Of a stretch of DNA of 64,000 nt, positions 51,496-62,615 are shown piece by piece. This DNA comes from Cyanobacteria bacterium P01_D01_bin.156 (GTDB lineage: Bacteria > Cyanobacteriota > Cyanobacteriia > Phormidesmidales > Phormidesmidaceae), in assembly GCA_039024555.1 (NCBI GenBank), contig JBCCQQ010000003.1:128001-192000 (forward strand). Reading direction: 5' to 3'. The translations under genes and the position numbers were made by a program. Under the pieces are notes generated by a model. That model had not been told where the DNA came from. It ran no database searches and saw only the letters and a program-made list of their open reading frames with translations. Numbering within the stretch: the stretch's first letter is position 1; every line of letters starts with the position of its first letter.

Positions 51496-52776
51496 TTAAA
51501 ACTGCTCCTTAACTCGATGACCAATATCTCTACGGCAGTACGCATGGTCAAAGTGAATCGCGTCTACTGCTACATAGGCATTTGCGATCGCAGCTTCAAA
51601 GCTATCACCTAAAGCGGTCACCCCTAAAATTCTGCCGCCGGTAGACTTCACCACCCCTTGCTCGAGCTGAGTCCCAGCATGGAAAACCATTGCCCCTGTC
51701 TCAGTGGCTGCATCAATACCAGCAATAGCCATACCCTTTGGATATTGGCCAGGATATCCAGCCGCCGCCATTACTACACAGGCAGCATAGTCAGGTTTCC
51801 ATTCAAAGGGTGGAAAATCCGCTAGACGTTGCTCACAACAGGCCAGCATAATCTGATCCAGAGGAGTCTCTAGTAGCGGCAGCACCACCTGGGTTTCTGG
51901 ATCACCAAAACGGCAATTAAATTCAATCACCTTAGGTTCCCCTTCCGGGGTAATCATTAGACCAGCATAAACAACACCGCGATAGTCAATGCCTCGTGCC
52001 CTCAGCGCTGTAACCGTCGGCTCTAATACTTCAGTTTGGATACGCTCTAACAGAGCAGCTGGGACTACTGGAGTAGGAGCATAGGCCCCCATTCCCCCCG
52101 TATTAGGTCCCGTATCGCCTTCGCCAATCTGCTTATGGTCCTGGGCAGGCACTAACGGACGAATCGTAATGCCATCGGTCACTGCCAGCACCGACGCCTC
52201 TTGCCCTGTTAAAAACTCTTCAATCACCACTTGACTGCCAGCAGCACCAAACTGGCCGTCAAAGATGGCTGCGATCGCATGCTTTGCTTCGTCCAGAGAC
52301 ATGGCAACGGTGACTCCTTTACCCGCAGCCAAACCATCCGCCTTAATAACAATCGGAGCCCCTTGCTCTTCCACATAGACACTTGCGGCTGCAGCATTAT
52401 CAAATACCGCACTAGCAGCTGACGGAATGCCTGCATCCTGCATCAGTGCCTTAGCCCACGCCTTACTGGACTCCAGCTGAGCTCCCTCCTGATTAGGACC
52501 AAATACCGTAATTCCTTGCTTCCGAAGACCATCGGCAACGCCGTCGGCCAACGGCTGTTCAGGTCCCACTGCAACCAAACCAATATTTTGCACCAAGGCA
52601 AATCGGGCTATCCCCTCTACATCGTCTACCGCCATGGCCAAATTAGTACAGCCAGGTAATGTAGCTGTACCACCATTTCCCGGAATACAGACAACATTGG
52701 TAATCTTGGGAGACTGTAGTAGGGTCCATGCCATAGCATGCTCTCGACCACCACTACCTATCACAATGGCTTTCAC
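51496..52776 (-). CDS. purD: Phosphoribosylamine-glycine ligase (GTG start 52776)
   Basis: IGSGGREHA, KADGLAAGKGV, GPNTGGMG, RFGDPETQ. Confidence 0.97.
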   Translation of the reverse strand: MKAIVIGSGGREHAMAWTLLQSPKITNVVCIPGNGGTATLPGCTNLAMAVDDVEGIARFALVQNIGLVAVGPEQPLADGVADGLRKQGITVFGPNQEGAQLESSKAWAKALMQDAGIPSAASAVFDNAAAASVYVEEQGAPIVIKADGLAAGKGVTVAMSLDEAKHAIAAIFDGQFGAAGSQVVIEEFLTGQEASVLAVTDGITIRPLVPAQDHKQIGEGDTGPNTGGMGAYAPTPVVPAALLERIQTEVLEPTVTALRARGIDYRGVVYAGLMITPEGEPKVIEFNCRFGDPETQVVLPLLETPLDQIMLACCEQRLADFPPFEWKPDYAACVVMAAAGYPGQYPKGMAIAGIDAATETGAMVFHAGTQLEQGVVKSTGGRILGVTALGDSFEAAIANAYVAVDAIHFDHAYCRRDIGHRVKEQF

Positions 52777-52887
52777 AGCGTTTTTCCTGAACAAAGAAGG
52801 GGCTATATTTTCCCACGTTGGGGACAAATTCGGGCAAGGGGTCTAACAATCGGCTAAATACGTTTAGTAGATAGCACAAACGAAGAA

Positions 52888-53934
52888 CTACTCAGAAACC
52901 GGTTGATTTTTCTCGGATATATCATTTTTTGCATCATCCCCATCTACCTCAGCCAAGAGAGCAGCAGCCGTCACCCCTTCTGTGCTGTTCCCAAAACGCC
53001 ACAATACCGCCGCTGCCTCTGCACGGGTCACCCCTTTATCAGGCTGAAATAAAGTGGTATATCCCAGAGCTCGACGAATATTGGCAAACTCCCCATTATT
53101 ATGATCAGCTAGGACAGCTTTGAGGGCAATGGGTTCAATTTTGCCTGCATCTTGAAATCCCCAGGCTTCAGTCACTGATTCCACAGTAGCTGTAGATAAG
53201 ACTGCTCTTTGATCTAAGGGCACTTTCCACAGAATCAGATCTTTACGCGTCAGGGGAGCGTCGGGACGAAATTTCACAGCCGTCGAGGTACCGTTCAAAA
53301 CGCTAGGAATAATCCCAGCCTCCGCCAATCCCTGAATCGCAGAAAAATCAATGTTAACTACACCTACATCCTGAAAAGCGGGTTTACTGCTTTGAACCGC
53401 TGGACGAATCTTTTTGACCGCCTGATCTGCATAGAACCGATTGTTAGCTGCCAATAGCCAACGCGCATATTCACGACGCGTAATCACTTCATTCGGCAGA
53501 AACTCATTAGGATTGCGTTCGATATCATCATCAGCTTTAACGTCGATCAGCATCAGAACATCCAGCTCCACCAAATCCTCTACATATTGCTGTAGTTCTT
53601 CCGGGGCTTCTCCAATGTCGGTATAGCTTGTCTGGGTAAACTCTGGAATTACGGGCTCTTCAACTACAGTTGTAGCTGCAGTTAAGTCATCAGCTCTAGC
53701 TTCTTCCTCAGTAGGTTCAGAGACATCTACCGTTTCGGGAGCAGAGCCAGAGGCTGAATTAATCGTGTCTGTATCGCTTGTGCCTTCTTCTAATAAACGG
53801 GGATCAGGCTCCAGATTTTTTTCAATGGATTGGCCTATGGGACTACCTTCACAGCCTATAAGAGCCAGACACAGAATAACTCCAACGAAATGTTTTAGAG
53901 GATGCTGAGAATGACACATATAGTCAGGTTCCAC
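52888..53934 (-). CDS. SLH-domain lipoprotein
   Basis: LALIGC lipobox; PNEVITRRE, FRPDAPLTR, PDKGVTRAEAA. Confidence 0.85.
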   Translation of the reverse strand: MEPDYMCHSQHPLKHFVGVILCLALIGCEGSPIGQSIEKNLEPDPRLLEEGTSDTDTINSASGSAPETVDVSEPTEEEARADDLTAATTVVEEPVIPEFTQTSYTDIGEAPEELQQYVEDLVELDVLMLIDVKADDDIERNPNEFLPNEVITRREYARWLLAANNRFYADQAVKKIRPAVQSSKPAFQDVGVVNIDFSAIQGLAEAGIIPSVLNGTSTAVKFRPDAPLTRKDLILWKVPLDQRAVLSTATVESVTEAWGFQDAGKIEPIALKAVLADHNNGEFANIRRALGYTTLFQPDKGVTRAEAAAVLWRFGNSTEGVTAAALLAEVDGDDAKNDISEKNQPVSE

Positions 53935-54044
53935 AAAAACAGCGCTACCAGGCTAGCGTATCTGATGGTCGCCTGGACAGACTAGTATTGTGTCAAGCTT
54001 GACGAACTAGCAGGTACAGCAACGTTCTTTGCACTAATTAAGCT

Positions 54045-54974
54045 ATGGCTCGTTCCATAATTATTGACTGCGATCCAGGAGTAGATGATGCGATCGCACT
54101 TCTTCTAGCTCTGGCCCATCCTAACCAACTTAATATCCTTGGCATTACTACCGTCGCAGGCAATGTGCCATTGCATTACACCAGTCAAAATGCCTTAAAA
54201 ATCTGTGCCCTAGCAAAGGCAGATATTCCCGTCTATGCAGGCTGCCCACGTCCCATGCTGCGACCTTTAGAAACCGCTACCGATGTTCATGGAGCGACGG
54301 GTTTACAAGGGACCGAGCTACCTGCCCCTACATCACAACTAATGGTGCAACACGCTGTTGCATTTTTAATCGATACCCTGCAAAAGGCTCCCCATCCCAT
54401 TACTCTAGTCACCTTGGGGCCACTGACCAACATTGCCATTGCCCTCATTCAAGCACCCCAGATTACCGACAAAATTGAGCACATTGTTGCCATGGGTGGA
54501 GCCATTACCCACGGCAACATCACACCAGCCGCCGAATTTAACATCTACGTAGATCCCCACGCAGCGCAGGTGGTCTTTGAGTCTGGCATTCCCCTGAAAC
54601 TGATCACCCTCGACACCACTCATCAAGTACTCACCACAGCCGAGCATTTAACCGCCCTACGACAGCTCAATACCGTAGTGAGCCATACCGCTGCCGATCT
54701 AATGGCCCACTACGGTACCCCTGACAAAGAACGCTACGGCATGGACGGCGCTCCACTCCATGACCCCTGCATCATCGCCTACCTCTTACAGCCAGAATTG
54801 TTCACCTTCAGACCCACATACACCATTGTCGAAAGTAGCAGTTCCAAAAATCTTGGGCGCACCGTCATTGACTGGTGGGGACGCACTGGTAAAACCCCAA
54901 ACGTAGATGTCGCCGCCTCTGTCAATACAGTAGGCATATACGATTTACTACTGAAATCCTTATCGCATCTGTAG
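54045..54974 (+). CDS. Nucleoside hydrolase (IUNH family)
   Basis: DCDPGVDD, AEFNIYVDP, LHDP. Confidence 0.93.
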   Translation: MARSIIIDCDPGVDDAIALLLALAHPNQLNILGITTVAGNVPLHYTSQNALKICALAKADIPVYAGCPRPMLRPLETATDVHGATGLQGTELPAPTSQLMVQHAVAFLIDTLQKAPHPITLVTLGPLTNIAIALIQAPQITDKIEHIVAMGGAITHGNITPAAEFNIYVDPHAAQVVFESGIPLKLITLDTTHQVLTTAEHLTALRQLNTVVSHTAADLMAHYGTPDKERYGMDGAPLHDPCIIAYLLQPELFTFRPTYTIVESSSSKNLGRTVIDWWGRTGKTPNVDVAASVNTVGIYDLLLKSLSHL

Positions 54975-55119
54975 AATACTCTGCGCTTAGCAGCAATGAG
55001 CATGGCATATTGCCACCGTGAGCCGTATCCCCTCTGAGCTCAATTCTTGAGCAAGTCCGTTACTTTACAGCACCAATCAAAAACGCTTGCTAGAATGCCT
55101 GCAGTCGTCTGGTAAAGCG

Positions 55120-55707
55120 ATGACCTACAGCACCCAGGAACTTATCGATATCCTCGATCAAGAACTCAAGGCCGCCTGGCGCGGAGAACGTCTATTACTC
55201 TCAACTGACGATCGTCTGGCCAATCCAGTCGTATCTAAAGCAATTGGTGCAGACAAATTAAGTAAAGTTTTTGCTTACAAGGACTTTCGCGACCAGATTC
55301 ATCAGTACCAGCACGACAATAATGTTTCAGGCCTAGTTTGGCATCCCTGTCGCTTCAGGGGACAGACTATTCACTTACCGGAAATTCATCCCGATCTGAT
55401 TGCAATTCCAGCAGACAAAGCAATCTTAGCAGCAGCCAAGGCAGACATTATCCAATTTTGGCGCAGCTCTGTTGATGGATTACGTCTTTGGCTAGCAGGA
55501 CATGACCCAGTGGCAATAGATACTGAAACCGTTGAAAATTATATCCAAGAAGCAGAGTGGGCTGATGTTAGCGCCACCCGTACTGAGCTTTACTTGGGAC
55601 TATGTTGGGGGAACCCCAAAGAATGCTATTGCGGCTGGGCATACCCAGAATCAGGGTGCCATCGCATTATTGCAGCCGACAACGAACCCAGTGCAATTAA
55701 GGTGTAG
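55120..55707 (+). CDS. Hypothetical protein
   Basis: About 195-aa ORF from ATG 55120; no recognised motif. Confidence 0.75.
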   Translation: MTYSTQELIDILDQELKAAWRGERLLLSTDDRLANPVVSKAIGADKLSKVFAYKDFRDQIHQYQHDNNVSGLVWHPCRFRGQTIHLPEIHPDLIAIPADKAILAAAKADIIQFWRSSVDGLRLWLAGHDPVAIDTETVENYIQEAEWADVSATRTELYLGLCWGNPKECYCGWAYPESGCHRIIAADNEPSAIKV

Positions 55708-56012
55708 TATACCTTCTTCTCCAAAGAGTTGTCATCTGAAAGCTAAGCATCAATACGTACAACTTCAGACAACAAGCGTTAACAACTCTACTCTTTGACA
55801 AGAATTACTGAGATCTCATTTCCATCTGCGTTGTTTGTAACAATCATCAAATACCGTAAAAACACTCACAGTTTCCTCGTTTTTAAACTCGAAGCAAAGA
55901 GATTATAGCAATCTTGTTCTTGCCTGAGTTTAATCGCTAAGGTGGCAGTGTACCAGTAAGCGTATGGCAAACTCTCTAACCACCCAGAACAGCTTACAGA
56001 ACGAGCACCATT

Positions 56013-56831
56013 ATGGAAATTGTTAAGCACTTGAACAAACTCAGCGGTATTGCTGTTGGAGCTGTAGCATTTACTTTAGGAATCATGGGTTCTGCCCATG
56101 CAGGTACTTTCGTAAATTTTGAAGATGCTCCTGCTTTAGGATTGAATGACAACCAAGCGATTACTAACCAATACTTAAACCTTGGGTTTAGTTTTGGCAT
56201 AGATAATAATCTAGACGGTGTCGCGGATGGGGGTATTGCCCCTGCCCTGGAGCAGAAAGGCAACGATGCAAAAGCAGGTTTTGTCAACGCTGGTTCAGGA
56301 AACGATATTGCAGAAGCTGGCTTTTTTGACGAAGCTAACGGTGTTACTTACGCAGATCGTCTGGGTAACTATTTCCTCAGAACTGGAGGTCTTGGCGGTA
56401 ACGGCGGTAATTTACTGATTTCCTACACTGAGGGTACATCTGCCGCTTCAGGTGAACTTTGGGACATTGATGGAAATCAAAACTTCTTCGGTGCTGGCTC
56501 CCACAGAACCGAAAAATGGGAAGTGCAAGCTCTCGATGCCAGTGGCTCGATTTTAGAAACACTCATGAGCCCTGAAGGAGATAAAGCCCATGGTCCTTTA
56601 GATGGCAAGCCTTGGCTGTGGTCATTTAATCGCGACGCAGCTGATGTGAAAGCTATTCGTTTTGTCTTCACAGGTGACAGTCCTGCCAAAAATGTAGGTC
56701 TGGCCTTTGACAACTTCTCTGCATTTTCTGTGGAAGGAGAATCTGTTCCAGAACCTGCTTCTGCGGCCGGTCTAGTATTACTGGGCTTGTTCGGTAGCAG
56801 CTCACTATTAGCAAAGCGGAAGCAACAGTAA
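56013..56831 (+). CDS. PEP-CTERM sorting domain protein
   Basis: Signal peptide (SAHA); VPEP + TM + KRK. Confidence 0.9.
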   Translation: MEIVKHLNKLSGIAVGAVAFTLGIMGSAHAGTFVNFEDAPALGLNDNQAITNQYLNLGFSFGIDNNLDGVADGGIAPALEQKGNDAKAGFVNAGSGNDIAEAGFFDEANGVTYADRLGNYFLRTGGLGGNGGNLLISYTEGTSAASGELWDIDGNQNFFGAGSHRTEKWEVQALDASGSILETLMSPEGDKAHGPLDGKPWLWSFNRDAADVKAIRFVFTGDSPAKNVGLAFDNFSAFSVEGESVPEPASAAGLVLLGLFGSSSLLAKRKQQ

Positions 56832-56935
56832 GGGTAATTTACCCCACTGTTCTAAACTGTTGCGAAGATTTACATTATCACCAACATCCTCTTTAAAGAT
56901 TCAAATTCAAGATTCATAAGAATACTACCTCTCAA

Positions 56936-56969
56936 AAATCAGCCTCTGCTATTCAGTAGAGGCTGATTT
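56936..56969 (+). terminator. Terminator after the PEP-CTERM gene
   Basis: AAATCAGCCTCTGCT-ATTC-AGTAGAGGCTGATTT. Confidence 0.7.
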
Positions 56970-57352
56970 AACATTGCTGCTTAGAAAACATGAATTACGA
57001 CTTATTCATCATTCTATGATGAAGATGGAGTATCCGTCATCACAAATGCACAGCCCCGCTTGTCCAATGCAAGCAAGAAACACTATCTCCAGAAGTAATA
57101 AAAATAGTATGATTACCAGATTAACAGTTCTCCACACTGTCCATGGATGACTGTCATTGGGAACTGTCGCCCCATATCCCTTAATATCCGTAGTTAGTAA
57201 CGCATTATCATCACTAGCATTCATAGTCATCATGCTGGCATGTAAGCATGCTATAACAATCTGATTATCATTGCTTAAAGCGAGCATCGATAATGCCTCA
57301 CCTATAGAGGTATCAGAGGTAGGATGACCTCTAATAGGATCATTAGAATATT

Positions 57353-57400
57353 ATAGTGGCCACAACATCGGGTAAAATAGTGGCCACAACATCGGGCAAA
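57353..57400. repeat. 24-bp tandem duplication
   Basis: ATAGTGGCCACAACATCGGG(T/C)AAA twice. Confidence 0.9.
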
Positions 57401-57810
57401 GCACAAGCAAGATGCACATAATCAGAGCAACGTCAGCCTCAATTGCTCTAATCGAAAAACAGATCGTGGCATCCTGTGAGTATATTTGTTTGACATGACA
57501 ACTGTAAACCTACAGCTTAAAAATGCTCTATGCCAGGCTGCTTCACTTAATAGTAGAAAACATCAGAAGGGATTCATGGAACAGATAAAAGAACAATTAG
57601 CTACACAAGCCTGAAGTTTACCTGATTCGTGCTAGTCAAATTACATCTAGCTGAGCGTCATCATAAATATCTACATAGGATTGATGTAGATTCTATTATT
57701 GACATATCAAAAATCTTGTAGAGTTTCCTGACAAAAATATATTCGATTAAAATTCGAATAAAGACCCTGGATGCTCAGAAAATATGCAAGTTTTTATCGA
57801 CCATATATTT

Positions 57811-57844
57811 AAACGGGCTCTTATTCTTTGCAAAGAGCCCGTTT
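57811..57844 (-). terminator. Terminator after the second PEP-CTERM gene
   Basis: AAACGGGCTCTT...AAGAGCCCGTTT. Confidence 0.7.
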
Positions 57845-57913
57845 ATAGGAATATTTAGAGTGTTGCCTAAGCTATCTGGTTCTCTGATTACCTCATTTAG
57901 CTTAGTAACAACT

Positions 57914-58624
57914 TTAGCGACGCTTAAGCACAGAAGTACTAATAAAGCCACCTACCGCTAACAGGCTGAGTAATGCAGTTGGCTCGGGAACATCTTTGGA
58001 AGAGATGGCACCAATTGCATCAATATCCGCACCAGCCCAACCCTGTCCGTAGCCATTTTTGCCGTTATCTGTGACTTTTACATAGGAGAATGCATCATTG
58101 GATGTAAAGCCAAATGAATCGAGGTCAATACCTGCATGTTGAGTGCCACCAATTTCACCTAAAGATACCCAGTTTTGGCCATCTTTACTGATTTCGACCA
58201 ACATTCCTTCTACGAGACCGCCAGCTTCAAAAATCCATAGATCATCTTTATCGTCATTACTACCCACCAAGAAGTTATCAGTAAATTTGACTGTAATCGA
58301 ACCACCCTTACCCAGAGAATAGTCATCTCTATCCGGAATAGCCATACCATGCCCTCTCCAAGAGGAATTAGCCACGCCTAAAACAGCATTAGGATTATCA
58401 AAAGCCTGGGCTGATGCCCTCCAGTTCCTGGCGTAGGCCTCTTCTCTAGTCAAACCATTTGCATAGATCTTGTTATATTCAACAACCTCATCAGCAAAAG
58501 AAGCTTCACCTAAGGGAAAATCAATACCTCGAAAAGTAACTGCAGAAGCTGTCTGTGCCATAGCTACAGTTAGTCCGAGAGAACTAAAAACCGCAATAAG
58601 ATATCCCTTGGATCGATTAAACAT
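57914..58624 (-). CDS. PEP-CTERM sorting domain protein
   Basis: Signal peptide (ASA); GADIDAIGAI; VPEP + TM + KRR. Confidence 0.9.
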   Translation of the reverse strand: MFNRSKGYLIAVFSSLGLTVAMAQTASAVTFRGIDFPLGEASFADEVVEYNKIYANGLTREEAYARNWRASAQAFDNPNAVLGVANSSWRGHGMAIPDRDDYSLGKGGSITVKFTDNFLVGSNDDKDDLWIFEAGGLVEGMLVEISKDGQNWVSLGEIGGTQHAGIDLDSFGFTSNDAFSYVKVTDNGKNGYGQGWAGADIDAIGAISSKDVPEPTALLSLLAVGGFISTSVLKRR

Positions 58625-59075
58625 TGGAAACTCCTTGATAACTGAAAGTTAGTGAAACCTTCACTGAATTATTTCTATTTATGCTCATAGGAACAACTTC
58701 CAGAATCTGGGAAAACACATAAATGTATATAATAGCAATTAATTTTTATATGAATTAAAACAAGAAAAATCAAGACGATTAAGAGTTCGCCGAAGTCTTC
58801 TACATATCAAAAAGAACCTATCACAGGTCAAAATTTTGGGGAATACGATCACCTACAGTCTTGGTGTAAGATAAGACTCTGCCATAGAAAATATCTCTTC
58901 TCCAAGGCTCAAAAGAAGCTAAATTAAAAAATCTCTCACCTGAACTGATGATGATTTGTCATGAATCAAGCGCTTGAAACAATGGCACGCTTTACCAACC
59001 TTGTTTCAAAAATCACAGTTTTACGAGGAAGTAGGTCTAGCCTTTAATAACTTCTCTGTATCACTGCGCTATGAG

Positions 59076-60806
59076 CTAACGTTTCAGCAAAGGTAACTTA
59101 ACTGTTACTGTGGTACCGTCCTGAACATCTGAGGCAATACTAAGTTCTCCTTGATGCGCTTTAATGAGCCGTTGAACAATCGCTAGCCCTAATCCATTAC
59201 CAGTGGATTTAGTTGTAAAAAAAGGTGTGGTTATTTTTTGTAAGATGGATGGAGGTATAGGTGATCCACCATTTTTTATCTCCACAGTGAGAGAATCCGC
59301 TTTAGATGAGTGAGCAATCTCCCACAGGACTTCATCACCAGGCTTAACAGCCTCACAAGCATTCACAATCAGATTCACAAATACCTGCTTAAGCCTGTCA
59401 GAATCTGCCAGTACAATGGTCGCAATGGGATTAGCACAGAACTGAATCTTTCGACTTGCAACTACTGGATTCATTTGCAGAGATTTTAAGAGATCGACAC
59501 TCCATTTATTAAGCTCTAACGGCTGACAGTCAAGAGCCTGTGGGTTAGCAAAGAGAAGAATTTCATTTAGCAATCGCTGTAGACGCTCCGCTTCATTTAG
59601 GGCAATCTTTAAACGAGACTGAAAGCGATTATCTAAATCTAATTTCTTAAAGCTCGTTAACCCCATCAAGATTGTAGTCAATGGATTACGAATCTCATAA
59701 ACAATCATGGACGTTAATTCTCTTAACTCGGCTAGATGGGATATAGCCTGTTGAGCTTTAGATTTTGCTTCTTGATATTCGGCATCTAAGCGTTTTCTTT
59801 CGCTAATATCCCGTACCATAGCTAAAATACAGGACTGTCCATCAAAATCAATGGGCACTGCCGAGATCTCAGTATATAGTTTATGTTTTGTTTTTGTAAG
59901 GCAGGTTAACTCATCCGTCCAACCACAACCATTTTGAACAACAGTTTGAGAAAATGCTGCCAGTCGGGGCATTTCATCAGGGTAAATATGGGAAATCTTG
60001 ATACAATTAAACAGTTCATGTTGTGAATAACCCAACAACTCAACAGCACGAGGATTCGCTTCTAAAATTTTGTCCTGTGACGGATCAATCACAAAAATTG
60101 CATCATTGGAGTCATCAAAAATTGTTCTAAAGCGTTGTTCTAAAGCAGAGTGAGCGATTATTTCTACTTGTAACTTAGCTGAAACACGCTGTAGCTCAGA
60201 ACGATATTGATCTAATTTCTGGTTAAGCTGCTGATTAATAGCAACGAGCCTATCCTGCTCACCCTTGACGACCTGATCACCTAAGGATAGAGAAGGCTGT
60301 ACATGATGACAAGAACGTTCTAGTTCTATTGCCATTACTGCCTGCTGGGCTATCAAAGACAATACCTGCTGATCTGTTGTGTGAAAGGGTTCAATCGCAG
60401 GACGCAGAGCTAATAAAGCACCACAGTAAGTATTTCGCGGGGTGTATAAGGGTATCCCACAATAAGCAACAGTTAAGCCCGTTTGCAACGTATAGGCTCC
60501 CAAGCCTGCAACTGTTTGAGTTGCGATATCTTCGGCTAGAGAACTCCAATAATGAGGATTCTCTGGCTCCCTGGGTTGTAGCTCGGAACTAACGATAAAA
60601 TGATAGTCACCAGGGTGCTGGCACTGACCAAGCATGACCCGACTGGCTCCCAAACCGTGGCATAACCCTGAGACCAGTTCTTCTAAATAAGCATCTAAGT
60701 GTCCTAGCCTGTAGTGCAATGATGTTAAAGCTGACAACCATCGGGGCTGAAATGGCTGACTAAGCACACAGGCAGCTTTATAACGAGACTCGTTTATCGA
60801 ACCCAT
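59076..60806 (-). CDS. GAF-PAS histidine kinase-like protein lacking the H-box His
   Basis: GAF, PAS (FDDSNDAIFVID), IVYEIRNPLTTI, QVFVNLIVNA, PFFTTK, GNGLGL. Confidence 0.88.
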   Translation of the reverse strand: MGSINESRYKAACVLSQPFQPRWLSALTSLHYRLGHLDAYLEELVSGLCHGLGASRVMLGQCQHPGDYHFIVSSELQPREPENPHYWSSLAEDIATQTVAGLGAYTLQTGLTVAYCGIPLYTPRNTYCGALLALRPAIEPFHTTDQQVLSLIAQQAVMAIELERSCHHVQPSLSLGDQVVKGEQDRLVAINQQLNQKLDQYRSELQRVSAKLQVEIIAHSALEQRFRTIFDDSNDAIFVIDPSQDKILEANPRAVELLGYSQHELFNCIKISHIYPDEMPRLAAFSQTVVQNGCGWTDELTCLTKTKHKLYTEISAVPIDFDGQSCILAMVRDISERKRLDAEYQEAKSKAQQAISHLAELRELTSMIVYEIRNPLTTILMGLTSFKKLDLDNRFQSRLKIALNEAERLQRLLNEILLFANPQALDCQPLELNKWSVDLLKSLQMNPVVASRKIQFCANPIATIVLADSDRLKQVFVNLIVNACEAVKPGDEVLWEIAHSSKADSLTVEIKNGGSPIPPSILQKITTPFFTTKSTGNGLGLAIVQRLIKAHQGELSIASDVQDGTTVTVKLPLLKR

Positions 60807-60960
60807 GAATACTTAACTGAGAAGTAACAGGATATTAGATGAGTCATTCCTGAGACTCCATGATTAGAATCATCTTCTTAAGAATTTTTAGTTCACGTGA
60901 ACGTTCTTAAGGTTTTAGACATATTCTAGAAGAAGCTGTTCTGACAATTCGTATATCGCT

Positions 60961-61593
60961 TCACGATTGCTCTCTTGGCAGAAATATGATTCTACGCTGA
61001 TAGCGTTGAATAACTCCGTTATCTTGCAATTTTCGCAGAGAGCGAGAAACTACTTCTGGTGTAAGACATATTTGTGCTGCAATCTCTTTAATAGAACAGC
61101 GCAGAACAACCGTAGAGTCATCTTCAGATGTGAGCGTATGCAGATACGTTAGAACGCGATTGTAGGCTGAACGAATACACCGAAGCGTCATAACATTTTT
61201 GGTGATTTGGAGCTGTTCAGTTAATTGTTTGATAAACACCAAAGAAATTTTGGTTTCATGGTGCAACAACTTCAGAAATACATGGTTAGGAATTGCAATA
61301 ATTTGAGACGGTTGGGTTGCGATCGCAGAACTTTGATAAATCGACTGGAACAAACTGTCCTCACCAAACCACATGCTAGGCTGCACAGTGTATTGATGGA
61401 CCATTTGACCACTTTCTAAATATTGGACCAGCTGAACTTGGCCAGTTTGCACAGCAAAAATAGACTGAGCTTGTTCATCTGCATGGAAAATAATCTCTCC
61501 TGCTTTGTAGAACAGTAAACTTGGCCTTACATCAATTATCCCCTGCATCACGAGCGCATTAAGGGCCTCTAGATAGCTGTCCAATGGTTCCAT
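60961..61593 (-). CDS. Crp/Fnr family transcriptional regulator
   Basis: cNMP-binding-like (GEIIF, FGE) plus HTH IAAQICLTPEVVSRSLRKL. Confidence 0.88.
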   Translation of the reverse strand: MEPLDSYLEALNALVMQGIIDVRPSLLFYKAGEIIFHADEQAQSIFAVQTGQVQLVQYLESGQMVHQYTVQPSMWFGEDSLFQSIYQSSAIATQPSQIIAIPNHVFLKLLHHETKISLVFIKQLTEQLQITKNVMTLRCIRSAYNRVLTYLHTLTSEDDSTVVLRCSIKEIAAQICLTPEVVSRSLRKLQDNGVIQRYQRRIIFLPREQS

Positions 61594-61755
61594 AAAGACA
61601 CTCCTACAACGATGCTTGTAGATTAGGCATCGAATATAAGAGCACCCCTACACCTAGCTAAGGCCAAGCTCAATTAGGCTGAAGCCGCACTTAAAATTAG
61701 CAGTTAATAGATTCAGGATGGGTTCAATCTATTATCAGGAGCTTATACATACACA

Positions 61756-61789
61756 AAAAATGAGGATGCTTAAAAGCACCCTCATTTTT
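61756..61789 (-). terminator. Terminator of rbcLXS
   Basis: AAAAATGAGGATGCT-TAAA-AGCACCCTCATTTTT. Confidence 0.75.
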
Positions 61790-61831
61790 CAAAAAATACT
61801 ACCCCTGAAGCTGCGTCAGGAGCAATTATTC

Positions 61832-62176
61832 TTAGTAGCGATAACCGCTATTAGAACCAGGCTTGTGAACGATGAAGCTCAGGATTTGACACTGCTTCAC
61901 GTTATCGAAACCAACTACACGAATGTAGCAGTCAGGATACTCAGAACGACAAGCCTGTACTTCATCTAGAACTTCACGAGTACTCTTTGCATTGAACAAA
62001 GGCAGCTTCCACATAGTCCAGTAGTAGGTCTTAGGATCAGAGTCCTCATTAAATTCAACAGCAGGGAAATAACCCTGCTCGAGAACATACTGGATCTGAC
62101 GCTCGATTTGAGCATCGCTTAAAGGAGGCAAGTATGACAGCGTTTCGTAACGACGCTCTTTGGGCAGAGTTTTCAT
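61832..62176 (-). CDS. rbcS: RuBisCO small subunit
   Basis: [23 protein letters not shown]. Confidence 0.98.
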   Translation of the reverse strand: MKTLPKERRYETLSYLPPLSDAQIERQIQYVLEQGYFPAVEFNEDSDPKTYYWTMWKLPLFNAKSTREVLDEVQACRSEYPDCYIRVVGFDNVKQCQILSFIVHKPGSNSGYRY

Positions 62177-62219
62177 AATCTACTCGTCGGTATTGGTTTA
62201 CAACGGTTTGGTCAGACTT

Positions 62220-62615
62220 TTAGTCAGACTGAGAATCTCTATCGCCCGCATCAACTTTACGTTGCAGCTCTTCAGAACTCATTTGAGTAATTCGCTCCAA
62301 ATGCCGCCTACGATGTTCGATGTTTGCCTCTTGTAGACCTGTCATCACCATCTCCGGAAGAAACTCAGCAATCTCTTCAGCCAAATGTTGACGAACAGTC
62401 ATAACCCTCAAGGCTAAATCTGCCTGCTCTTGCATTAGAGAAGCGATAAACACTTCACCATCCTGCAATTTCTCTCGGGTGGCAAACTCGTTGAACCAGT
62501 AGGACCGTGGCAAATCGGTTTCCCTCAATTGCCCCATAATCACCCGAACCGCTTGATAGGTCAAATAGCTTGTAAGCGTTTTAGCCGTATCTTTGGCAAT
62601 TCGCTTTAGATCCAT
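62220..62615 (-). CDS. rbcX: RuBisCO chaperone RbcX
   Basis: IAKDTAKTLTSYLTYQAVR; located between rbcL and rbcS. Confidence 0.96.
   Translation of the reverse strand: MDLKRIAKDTAKTLTSYLTYQAVRVIMGQLRETDLPRSYWFNEFATREKLQDGEVFIASLMQEQADLALRVMTVRQHLAEEIAEFLPEMVMTGLQEANIEHRRRHLERITQMSSEELQRKVDAGDRDSQSD

Noticed and set aside
57353..57400. CRISPR mini-array
   Set aside because: Adjacent tandem copies with no spacer
48867..58720. GTA-W4-(T/C)AC-like 10-mers upstream of the HTH and PEP-CTERM genes
   Set aside because: Short, degenerate and AT-rich; cannot be told from chance without statistics
1353..61330. Recurrent GCGATCGC
   Set aside because: Known cyanobacterial HIP1; I saw none in ~2.9-11.1 kb, but the density is too low for that to be strong evidence of foreign origin
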